DNA of 64,000 nt. It comes from Coprothermobacterota bacterium (GTDB lineage: Bacteria; Coprothermobacterota; Coprothermobacteria; Coprothermobacterales; Coprothermobacteraceae). Location of the stretch: the NCBI GenBank assembly GCA_036679065.1, contig JAZIGN010000004.1:131251-195250 (forward strand), read 5' to 3'. Positions 10,230-18,631 of the stretch are shown here, piece after piece. Both the position numbers and the translations under genes were made by a program. Numbering within the stretch: the first letter of the stretch is position 1; every line of letters starts with the position of its first letter. Under the pieces are notes generated by a model that made no database searches, was not told where the DNA came from, and saw only the letters and a list, made by a program, of their open reading frames with translations.

Positions 10230-10290
10230 CAAAAATGCCACCTCCTTAAGCTATGGTCTGTGTCCATCATTGATATAATAAATCAAAGTT

Positions 10291-11268
10291 ATGACAGAAA
10301 GGCAAAGAAGAATACTGATTACACTTGTGGACTCTTACTTGAAGAACGGTCGTGCTCCTTCCTCGGCGCAGTTATCAGAAATGCTCGATAAACAGTGGAG
10401 TAGCGCCACCATACGCAATGAATTAGCGTCACTTCGCATGAGAGGTTATCTAAAGCAGGAGACTAAGGTCTCGCCTTACGAGCCCACGGAGGAGGGTATG
10501 ACCCTTTACTTCGGTATGAAACTCATTGAGGCCATACTTGGTAATTCATCTGAAACAGATCTTGAAGTTAGGCAGATGCAAGCTGCCTCTGTGGAAGATG
10601 TGCTGGTCAATGGTGTTCAATGGGTTAGCGAAGATGTGGGATCCCCTGCGATTGGAGTCGCTATGGCTACACCGTTAGTATCCTCTGTAAAGCTCATTCC
10701 CATAACTCCAACAAAGGTTGCAGTGATCATTGTCTTTGATGATGGTACCGTGGAATCTGGGATAGCGAACCTTGAAACAGCCACGACACAAACAAGTCTG
10801 GATCTGCTCAGCTCTTTGCTTGAGGAGCTAGTTAGGAATAAAGCAGGTTCCGATGCTGCGGAGGCTATAAAGGAGCGACTAGACATATTTGATAGAAAGC
10901 ACCTGGCTGTGAAAGATGTGCTACAACGTCTGCTAAAAGAGAGTGCAGGAGCTCCAAAAGCTGTGTACTTCCTGGGTGATGATCCTTCGCCCGAAGCCAT
11001 TAGAGAGCTCAATGCACTGCTAAAAATCGCTAAGCAGAACCCAACATACGTTTATCATAGGATACTTTGGCGCATAGATCTTGGCGTTTTGCTCGATGAG
11101 TTTTTGGTAAGTCAGAGTGTTGGCATGTTTGCCGACATCAGTACTAGTAAAGTTATGAGTTTCATGGGAACCTTCGTGAGACGCGACAAAGATTTAGAAA
11201 AGGTGATTAGTACTTTGAAAGGTGTGAAAGACATTGCCAGAAAAGAAATTCAAAAGATATGCGATTGA
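10291..11268 (+). CDS. hrcA: Heat-inducible transcription repressor HrcA (divergent)
   Basis: N-terminal wHTH TERQRRIL..LVDSY...SSATIRNELA.L...GYL.Q....PTEEG. Position upstream of prmA. Confidence 0.75.
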   Translation: MTERQRRILITLVDSYLKNGRAPSSAQLSEMLDKQWSSATIRNELASLRMRGYLKQETKVSPYEPTEEGMTLYFGMKLIEAILGNSSETDLEVRQMQAASVEDVLVNGVQWVSEDVGSPAIGVAMATPLVSSVKLIPITPTKVAVIIVFDDGTVESGIANLETATTQTSLDLLSSLLEELVRNKAGSDAAEAIKERLDIFDRKHLAVKDVLQRLLKESAGAPKAVYFLGDDPSPEAIRELNALLKIAKQNPTYVYHRILWRIDLGVLLDEFLVSQSVGMFADISTSKVMSFMGTFVRRDKDLEKVISTLKGVKDIARKEIQKICD

Positions 11269-12043
11269 AGTGGAAAAAGAACAACATTTTGAAAGGCTTG
11301 TGAGCGAACTGCATGAATGTTTTCCTAACGTGGGCTATCTAGTAAACGAAGAGAACGGCAAAACTACTGTTGAGTTTTACCTTCCTGAAGATGTTGCCAT
11401 ACCCGAAAGAATCTCCCGTAATTGGGCCGTGGATGAGCTCGGATATGATAGCCAACAGTGGCTAAACGACCTTCGGGGCAAGTTCAAGGGGGTAAACGTG
11501 GCTGGGATTCGCATAGTTCCTCCGTGGGAGGAACATGACGAAGGCGATCTGGTAATCTATCCTGGTATGGCATTTGGAACTGGAGAACATGCAAGCACAC
11601 AACTTGCCCTGGAGCTTTTGGCAATTTTGCCTTTGCAAGGGAAAAGCTTTCTCGATGTGGGTACAGGGAGTGGAGTATTGTCAGTTTTCGCGAAACAACG
11701 AGGATGTTCTAGTGTACGTGGAGTAGACATTGACCCTATCTCCATAGAAAACGCATTAGAAAATGCCAAACTCAATCGTGTTGACATAACTTTTGAAGTA
11801 GCTGACGCTTACGAACTGAGTGGTGAATACGACATTGTTTGTGCCAATTTGGTTACTGATCTTTTGCTGGATTTGGAAAGCACTTTGCAATCATTATCAA
11901 AAGAATTCCTAGTTCTTTCCGGTGTTCCTGTGGAAGATTATGATAAAGTATTATCAACTTTCGGCGAGCCTTACTTGGCTGTGTTTGGCCAAGACTGGGT
12001 GGCCTTCGTTTACAAGAAGAGCATAATCCATGCGCAAATATAG
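11234..12043 (+). CDS. prmA: Ribosomal protein L11 methyltransferase
   Basis: IVPPWE, PGMAFGTGEHAST, LDVGTGSGVL, DIVCAN. Confidence 0.93.
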   Translation: MPEKKFKRYAIEVEKEQHFERLVSELHECFPNVGYLVNEENGKTTVEFYLPEDVAIPERISRNWAVDELGYDSQQWLNDLRGKFKGVNVAGIRIVPPWEEHDEGDLVIYPGMAFGTGEHASTQLALELLAILPLQGKSFLDVGTGSGVLSVFAKQRGCSSVRGVDIDPISIENALENAKLNRVDITFEVADAYELSGEYDIVCANLVTDLLLDLESTLQSLSKEFLVLSGVPVEDYDKVLSTFGEPYLAVFGQDWVAFVYKKSIIHAQI

Positions 12044-12758
12044 AGTTTTTGTAGATAACAGCCTCATCGATTCTGACAAGAGAGTTGTGAACATTGATAA
12101 GGATCTACAGCGTTACGTTGAGCAGGTCTTAAGAGGTGCTCAGGACTGTAAAATTGTGGTTTTTGATGGAAGCGGGAAAGAATACACGACTATCTACGAC
12201 AGCGAGCACAAGTACTTACTTATTGAAGACATAGTGAATAACTGCATAGACAAGGGTTTTTCTATCTCACTATTCCAAGCTATTCCTAAGGGGATGGCCA
12301 TGGACGATATCGTTGCTCTGTGTTCACAGTTGGGTGTCGACTACATTTACCCAATGATCACTGCTAGAACTAATGCGAAACAAGTAGGAAACAACAAGCT
12401 TCTGCGCTGGCAGCGAATTGCCTTAGAATCGGGCAAAGTAGGGGGATTCTGCAACACCACTGAGGTGCGACCACCACTATTGTTGAAGGATGCTCTCCCA
12501 CTTCTCAATCAAGTTGATCTGGTGCTTTTCTTGTACGAAAATGCTCAAGTCAATCTGAAGAATTTCGCGACGCAAATTGAAAGAGCAAATCATATTGCAC
12601 TGGTGGTTGGTCCAGAAGGGGGCTTCGAACCATCTGAAGCTGAGGAACTTGGAAAACACTCAGTAACTGTTAGCCTGGGTCCAGTTATCTTTAGAAGCAG
12701 GTGGGCGGCATCTGTTGCCGTAATGACTATTGATTTTATCAAAGGGCTTGTAGGATGA
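12030..12758 (+). CDS. rsmE: 16S rRNA m3U1498 methyltransferase RsmE
   Basis: VLR..FDG, K...D......LGV, VGPEGGF, SLGP.I.R. Synteny after prmA. Confidence 0.9.
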   Translation: MRKYRVFVDNSLIDSDKRVVNIDKDLQRYVEQVLRGAQDCKIVVFDGSGKEYTTIYDSEHKYLLIEDIVNNCIDKGFSISLFQAIPKGMAMDDIVALCSQLGVDYIYPMITARTNAKQVGNNKLLRWQRIALESGKVGGFCNTTEVRPPLLLKDALPLLNQVDLVLFLYENAQVNLKNFATQIERANHIALVVGPEGGFEPSEAEELGKHSVTVSLGPVIFRSRWAASVAVMTIDFIKGLVG

Positions 12759-13921
12759 AACTAGGTATTCATTTCTTCGGCTGCAAGGTCAACCAGTATG
12801 ACGCTGCACGTTGGATTATTGGCCTCGGTGAAAATCACACATCTAACTTAAGTGATGCCGATATCATTGTCCTGTTTAGCTGTGTTGTAACACACAAAGC
12901 AGAAGCCGAAGTGAGACGCTTTGTTCAAAAATGGAGAGCAGCGGGTAAAAGAATCATCCTAACGGGCTGTGGCACGAACATAACTCTTACGGACTTGGCA
13001 GATGAGGGTGTTACATTGGTGCCAATACAAGAGCTGGACAACTTTATGAAGCAGCTAGGGAATTTCTATGCACCAAGTGTGATACCCTTTTACCCGGACC
13101 GTAGCCGTGGTTTTGTCAAAGTAGAAGATGGCTGCAGTTGGCGTTGTGCTTACTGTGTGAGCGCCTTGGAAAGGGGAGAAGTTCGTAGCAGACCTTTGGA
13201 TGAAATATTGCGTGAGATATGTTTGATGTCCCAGAGAGGTATCTCCGAGGTAGTTATTACGGGCACTAACCTGATGTTGTGGAGAGAAGGGCAGAGCAAC
13301 TACCTAGACCTTATCGAGTCAGTATCGAGGGAGGCAGCCCGAGAAAATATGAGGGTCAGGCTATCTTCAGTATACCCAGAAATGGTTAACAGGAGAATGA
13401 TTGAGCTCTTTTCCTTGTATCCGTTAGCCAGACACCTTCATATTTCTCTGCAGAGTGCTTCCGACAGAGTTCTCAAGACCATGAACAGAGCCCCTCTGCG
13501 AAATCTCGCTGAAATGCTTGCTTGGCTTAAGAATCTCGATGGTGGTTTTGCTTTCACAGCTGATATCATTGTGGGATACCCCACAGAAACTGAACAGGAT
13601 TTCCTCATGACCATGAGTTTACTCTCGGAACTGCGCTTTTCAAAAGTTCACGTATTTCCTTTTTCAGTCAGACCTAATACTGCAGCTTCGCGTATGAGAC
13701 CACTGCAAAGCCCTTTAGTCAAGAGACGCGCTGCCGCACTTAATGAACTGAGCGAGACGCTCAAAGACCGTTTTATCGAATCTCAGAAGGGAAGCTACAG
13801 GCCTGCGGTGTTCTTAAGAAGCGAGGGTCTAGCACTTACGGATAATTACATTTATGTTCCAAGTCAACCTTTCTCGGGCATTAAACGTGTACCCATTGTG
13901 GAGGGCAGCTACATTATATAG
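12755..13921 (+). CDS. mtaB: tRNA t6A methylthiotransferase (MtaB/MiaB family radical SAM)
   Basis: GCKVNQ, CSWRCAYC radical-SAM motif, HLHISLQS, DIIVGYPTETE, HVFPFS.RPNT, LTDNY. Confidence 0.88.
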   Translation: MKLGIHFFGCKVNQYDAARWIIGLGENHTSNLSDADIIVLFSCVVTHKAEAEVRRFVQKWRAAGKRIILTGCGTNITLTDLADEGVTLVPIQELDNFMKQLGNFYAPSVIPFYPDRSRGFVKVEDGCSWRCAYCVSALERGEVRSRPLDEILREICLMSQRGISEVVITGTNLMLWREGQSNYLDLIESVSREAARENMRVRLSSVYPEMVNRRMIELFSLYPLARHLHISLQSASDRVLKTMNRAPLRNLAEMLAWLKNLDGGFAFTADIIVGYPTETEQDFLMTMSLLSELRFSKVHVFPFSVRPNTAASRMRPLQSPLVKRRAAALNELSETLKDRFIESQKGSYRPAVFLRSEGLALTDNYIYVPSQPFSGIKRVPIVEGSYII

Positions 13922-14568
13922 CCAGTTACAAAGACGTCTTCTATACCTGTTTCAAAGAAATCTCTCGCAGACCCTAGAAAAACAACATTTCCATCACGTA
14001 GTCCGATTACAAACTTGCCGAAGCTCGACAGGAAGGACAAGTCATGCGAAGAAATCACAAAGTGTTTCTCTGGGTGCCTGGACAAGCTTTCGATGAGATC
14101 TTTTCTCGCCTCAGGATCCAAAAAGCTTGTGGGCTCATCCATCAACACGTAAGGTGTATCTTGAAGGAGTATTCTTGCTATGAACGTGCGTTGAAGCCAG
14201 CCAGAAGAAAGTGTGCCCATCTTGCGTCCCAACCATTTCTTAAGCTCCAGCTCGTCAGCAATAATTTCAAGTTGTTTTTTGTTACCAGAAAGCATCAGAT
14301 AGTTCCTGACGGTAAAGTTGGGGTCATATGTAGGCCTTGCAGGCATGTATGCGAAGTACGTGGGTTTCGCTTCGCGGAGAGTACCGTGCCACAATACTTT
14401 GACAGGCGGCGATACTTTCAAGAAACCGCCCAAGATTTTCAACAGGGTAGTTTTCCCCGAACCATTTGGCCCTATGAGGAATGTGGGAAAAGTATCAATG
14501 GTCATGTTAGGTAAGATCAAACTGAAGTGCGCATTGTAGGAAAAATGTGTTTCAGGAACTGTAATCAC
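13909..14568 (-). CDS. ABC ATP-binding protein (iron-siderophore/cobalamin type); likely GTG start at 14568
   Basis: GPNGSGKTT, LSSGW signature variant, LMDEPTS.LD, SSHD. SD GGAG. Confidence 0.82.
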   Translation of the reverse strand: MITVPETHFSYNAHFSLILPNMTIDTFPTFLIGPNGSGKTTLLKILGGFLKVSPPVKVLWHGTLREAKPTYFAYMPARPTYDPNFTVRNYLMLSGNKKQLEIIADELELKKWLGRKMGTLSSGWLQRTFIARILLQDTPYVLMDEPTSFLDPEARKDLIESLSRHPEKHFVISSHDLSFLSSFGKFVIGLRDGNVVFLGSARDFFETGIEDVFVTGYIM

Positions 14569-15499
14569 GTGACATACTCCAGAAGAAATATAAATAGAAC
14601 ACCGCACCAGCAAAACTGACCACAAGACCTGTGGGAATTTCGATGCCGGAGAGCGATGCCCTTGCAATCACATCAGAAACAGCCATGAGAAGTGCTCCAA
14701 TTATGCCTGAAAACATGAACATTTTTAGATGGCCTCCCGACACTATGCGGCGAGCCATGTTAGGCGCGGCAACTCCAACAAAACTAAATACACCAAAAAT
14801 AGATGAGACTAGGCTACCGGCTAGTGCGGAAACCGTAATGAGTGAGAACACTTCTCTTTGGTAATTCACGCCCAAGCTCATGGCTTCTTCTTTCGACAAG
14901 GTCAGAATGTCTAGTTGTTTGCTACGGGACACTAAGACGAAGCAAAGCAGTAAAGAGATGACCATGATGATCAGTTCGCCTGAGCTTACAGTTCTGATAT
15001 GCCCCAGAGTCCATGACAAGACGCTAGCCGCAGATGTGTAAAGGTAGAGGGAAATCAATGAAATGGCACTGGAAAGAACGGAGTTAACTACAACTCCCGC
15101 TACTACAAGCCTAAGGATGTCGGTTCCGCCCAAACTTCCTAACGTAAATGTGCTAACTAAAGCTACCATGCTTCCGGCCAGTGCAAACAACTGGCTTGGC
15201 CCGGTTTTCAAGAACATAGAGAGCACCTTGCCAAGTACGGCACCGGAGTTTACCCCCAGTAGTCCGCTGTCAACCAAGTAGTTGCGTGTCACTGTTTGCA
15301 GTGCCAAAGCAGTACATGACAATACCACACCAACTATAGAAGCCGTAACAAACCTATTCAAACGGTAATGTAAAAGAGTAAGTTCATCCGGAGTCGGCGA
15401 TATCAGGTTTACTCTAACTTGTCCCCATGACAACGATATGAAAAAGGTTGCCACATAAAGTACTAGCAGCAAAGCCAAGACACTTCTTTCGTCCTTCAC
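14552..15499 (-). CDS. FecCD/BtuC-family ABC permease
   Basis: LQTVTRN.LVD...LG...GA, EAMSLGV, FVG..AP..AR, D..AR, EIP.G motifs. Confidence 0.88.
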   Translation of the reverse strand: MKDERSVLALLLVLYVATFFISLSWGQVRVNLISPTPDELTLLHYRLNRFVTASIVGVVLSCTALALQTVTRNYLVDSGLLGVNSGAVLGKVLSMFLKTGPSQLFALAGSMVALVSTFTLGSLGGTDILRLVVAGVVVNSVLSSAISLISLYLYTSAASVLSWTLGHIRTVSSGELIIMVISLLLCFVLVSRSKQLDILTLSKEEAMSLGVNYQREVFSLITVSALAGSLVSSIFGVFSFVGVAAPNMARRIVSGGHLKMFMFSGIIGALLMAVSDVIARASLSGIEIPTGLVVSFAGAVFYLYFFWSMSRDYSS

Positions 15500-15569
15500 A
15501 GTACCATTATATAGTAGGGTTAAACTATGGTAAAATGGTTACAAGTAAAGGCGGTGCCGAAAGGTAGAA

Positions 15570-15899
15570 ATGGAATGCGTTTTTTGCAACATTGTTCAGG
15601 GAAAGAGTCCTGCCACGATAGAGTGGGAGGATGAAAACGTTATTGCTATAAGGGATATCAATCCCCAAGCGCCAACGCATTTGTTAATTATCCCAAAAGA
15701 ACATTTCCCCAGCATTGACGCAACTCCTAGCGATACCATGCTAACGGTTTTGGAGACAGCTAAAGCATTAGCTGCAAGAGAAGGCCTTACAAATGGATAC
15801 AGAATTGTAATAAACAATGGTCCCGATGGTGGTCAAACTGTTTATCACGTTCATGTTCATCTACTGGGAGGAAGGCCCTTTGGTTGGCCTCCAGGATAA
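15570..15899 (+). CDS. hit: Histidine triad nucleotide-binding protein
   Basis: C.FC, DINPQAPTH, GGQTVYHVHVHLLGGR..WPPG. Confidence 0.95.
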   Translation: MECVFCNIVQGKSPATIEWEDENVIAIRDINPQAPTHLLIIPKEHFPSIDATPSDTMLTVLETAKALAAREGLTNGYRIVINNGPDGGQTVYHVHVHLLGGRPFGWPPG

Positions 15900-15926
15900 G
15901 GCAGATACTGAAAGGAGGGGAGCGCA

Positions 15927-16073
15927 ATGGCCGAAGTAAAAAAGCGAGAAAATGAGTCTTTGGATGACATGCTGCGACGGTTTCGTAAAGAAGTAGAAAA
16001 GGATAAGATATTGGAGGACTTCAGGAAACACGAGATTTACACGCCAAAGACAAAAAAGAAAAAGAAGAAATAA
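15927..16073 (+). CDS. rpsU: 30S ribosomal protein S21 (48 aa, not in the ORF track)
   Basis: MAEVKKRENESLDDMLRRFRKEVEKDKILEDFRKHEIYTPKTKKKKKK. Strong SD AAAGGAGGGG; conserved hit-rpsU synteny. Confidence 0.9.
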   Translation: MAEVKKRENESLDDMLRRFRKEVEKDKILEDFRKHEIYTPKTKKKKKK

Positions 16074-16099
16074 AGAGAGGGGATCATCCCCTCTCTTTT
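16072..16099 (+). terminator. Intrinsic terminator after rpsU
   Basis: AAAGAGAGGGGA-TCA-TCCCCTCTCTTTT. Confidence 0.8.
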
Positions 16100-16108
16100 C
16101 AATTTGCC

Positions 16109-16885
16109 ATGGATACGTATTTGCAGAACATAGAAAACCTTGTTAAGCGTTTGGTTCTGCGTCCCTCACGTGCAGAACAATTTCTTTCTTTGGTCAAAGA
16201 TAAGACTTATCGTTGCGTTCTCGAAGAAAACATCGAGCTGAGTAGTAAGTTTCAGCTACCTATTTGTCAGGATACAGGGGTAATAACGCTTGTAGTGGGG
16301 CATGATTCATTGACCAAAGATGAGCTGTGGGAGATAAAAACAAGTTTTGAAAAGAGCTTTAACGAGATTGCGCGGCCTTCAATGCTTTCTTCAGCTTTCT
16401 TTGGGCAGCAACCGTTAGGGAGAAATCAGATATGCTTTCTTGAGGAAGTTCGTGACAAAAATGGGTTGGGCGCTATTATTTCAGGGGCAGGTACTGAGAC
16501 GCATTGTTTTCTCAAGGTGTATCCTGGCACAGCTGCTTGGGGAACAGTGGTTAGCGAACTGCAAGATTGGTGTTCAAAAAGAGCTTCTTTGGCTTGTCCG
16601 CCAGTTCATTTTGGTGTTGCCATAGGTGGCACGGCAACAGAAGCTGTAAAGCAGTCAAAACTGAGTTTCCTTTTCGGAAACAATTTCCCAAAGTGCTACC
16701 AGGTCCCGTATGAAGAACTTGCTCATGCACTCAAAACGATCAGAGTCGATCCGCTAGGGAAAGATGGCAGCTGGGTTGGGGATGTTTTCCTGCGAGTGCT
16801 TCCTACTCATATGTCGGCAGTGCCTGTGAGCATGAGTTTTATGTGTTGGCCATACAGAGCGGAGTGGATTGATCTTGGTACTTAA
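16109..16885 (+). CDS. Class I fumarate hydratase / tartrate dehydratase alpha subunit (divergent)
   Basis: PICQDTG, G.G.E, ACPP...GV.IGGT, PTH...PV, CW. Three Fe-S cysteines retained. Confidence 0.75.
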   Translation: MDTYLQNIENLVKRLVLRPSRAEQFLSLVKDKTYRCVLEENIELSSKFQLPICQDTGVITLVVGHDSLTKDELWEIKTSFEKSFNEIARPSMLSSAFFGQQPLGRNQICFLEEVRDKNGLGAIISGAGTETHCFLKVYPGTAAWGTVVSELQDWCSKRASLACPPVHFGVAIGGTATEAVKQSKLSFLFGNNFPKCYQVPYEELAHALKTIRVDPLGKDGSWVGDVFLRVLPTHMSAVPVSMSFMCWPYRAEWIDLGT

Positions 16886-17342
16886 AGAGAGACAGTGGTA
16901 CAGGTATACAGGGGTAATCGGTATAAGCCGAGATAGGGGCCTACAAACAATCTGCAGAGAGGGGCAGAAGCTTCCGTCTGTAGTTTTTTTGGCAGGTCCG
17001 ACACTTATGCCCGTGGAAGAAGCGCCCTTGGGATCATGTGGGCCTACAAGTGTCAGCAGGATGTTAGCATTTTTGGAAACGATGAAACAGTTGGGAACTC
17101 ACCTAGTCATAGCAAAAGGCATTAATAGTGAAGTACTAAGGGCTTTCAGTCAGTTTAATCTTGCTTACGGCATCGCTGTCGGTGGTGCTGGTGCGTTCTA
17201 TGGTACTAGAATAAAGCAAGTTGTCAACACGAAGTATGAATGTCTTGGGGCAGAAGGATTCTTCCTCGTGATGGTGGAAGAACTTCCATTTTATGTTAGT
17301 GTGGGTGGTGATGTAGATGGACATTTTGAGCCGATACCATGA
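16869..17342 (+). CDS. Fumarate hydratase / tartrate dehydratase beta subunit (divergent)
   Basis: G.I..SRD, GPT...RM, IAKG, AVGGAG, LG.EG, P..V motifs. Confidence 0.7.
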   Translation: MILVLKERQWYRYTGVIGISRDRGLQTICREGQKLPSVVFLAGPTLMPVEEAPLGSCGPTSVSRMLAFLETMKQLGTHLVIAKGINSEVLRAFSQFNLAYGIAVGGAGAFYGTRIKQVVNTKYECLGAEGFFLVMVEELPFYVSVGGDVDGHFEPIP

Positions 17343-18615
17343 TACAACCGTGGAACATATTTGGAGTGAAGACAACAGATATTCTCTGTTTTATGATGTG
17401 GAACTGGCTTATGTAAAAGCCGAAGCGGTGCTTGGAAAAATACCTTCGTCCATACCAACGTATTTGGAAAACAATAGACCATGTTTTAGTGCTGAGGAGA
17501 TAAAGGCTGAAGAAAAGACCACTCGGCATGAAGTAGTCGCGTTCATAAACGTGGTAAGCCGCAAACTGGAGAAGTACACTGAATACTTCCACAGAGGACT
17601 TACTTCTTCTGATATTATGGACACCGTTTTTTCTCTCCAGATTAAGCAGTCCTTGAATTATGTAAATGCTCTCACTGCTGAGACTATAAAGCTGTTGGCA
17701 GAAAAAGCAGAGGAATTCAAGTATGCACCCTGTGCTGGCAGGACCCACGGCGTACACGCCGAACCTTATTTTTTCGGACTCCGTTTTCTAAACGCAGCTG
17801 TTGCTTTAAAGAGGTCATTGAATAGTCTAAGTTCTCTTGAGAAGAACATGCCCGGTAAACTTTCAGGTGCTTTGGGCATTTACACTAATCTGGACCCAGT
17901 CATTGAGTTGGAGTTTTTAAAGATCCTCGGTCTTGCCTGCCTGCCGGTTACCACCCAAATAGTACCTCGTGACGTTTATGCCCCTGTCTTGTTCTACTTG
18001 GCATTGGAAGCAAGCATTCTAGACAAGCTAGCACAGGACATGCGAATACTTCAAATTACGGAAATAGGAGAGGCGCAGGAAGAGTTCGCTCCTGGTCAAG
18101 CAGGCTCATCTGCCATGCCACATAAGAGAAACCCCGTACGCTGGGAGCGTATTTCCGGTTTGAGCCGTGTAGTACGTTCTCAAGTTACGGTTGTTCTGGA
18201 AAATGTACCGCTTTGGTTCGAGAGGGACATTTCTCATTCAAGCACTGAAAGGGTTGTGTACCCGTTGTGTTTTAATTTGATCGCTTTCATGCTAAAAGAG
18301 ACTCAGTCCCTTCTCAAACACAGTACTTTTAACCGTTCAAGAATGCTGAAGAACATGTCTGACTCGAGAAACCTGCTTTATTCATCTAGGGCGCTGTCTG
18401 TGATTCAAGAAAAGATTGGTAGGGAGCCCGCATACAAACGTGTTCAGGATTTATCTAGGCAAGTTTTGGAAGGGGAGTTTGAAGATTTCATTGAGGCTCT
18501 TCGCACGTCAGGCTTGCTATCTGATGAAGAATTGAGGAGCATAACCGATTTATCTGATCTCTACGGCAAAGTGGATCTGGTATACGAAAGAGTAGCGGCA
18601 TTCTTGAACGATTGA
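17317..18615 (+). CDS. purB: Adenylosuccinate lyase
   Basis: H.GLTSSD, GRTHGVHAEP, GSSAMPHKRNP, ERDISHSS.ER. Confidence 0.95.
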   Translation: MDILSRYHDTTVEHIWSEDNRYSLFYDVELAYVKAEAVLGKIPSSIPTYLENNRPCFSAEEIKAEEKTTRHEVVAFINVVSRKLEKYTEYFHRGLTSSDIMDTVFSLQIKQSLNYVNALTAETIKLLAEKAEEFKYAPCAGRTHGVHAEPYFFGLRFLNAAVALKRSLNSLSSLEKNMPGKLSGALGIYTNLDPVIELEFLKILGLACLPVTTQIVPRDVYAPVLFYLALEASILDKLAQDMRILQITEIGEAQEEFAPGQAGSSAMPHKRNPVRWERISGLSRVVRSQVTVVLENVPLWFERDISHSSTERVVYPLCFNLIAFMLKETQSLLKHSTFNRSRMLKNMSDSRNLLYSSRALSVIQEKIGREPAYKRVQDLSRQVLEGEFEDFIEALRTSGLLSDEELRSITDLSDLYGKVDLVYERVAAFLND

Positions 18616-18631
18616 GACCTGCAGAGCACCT

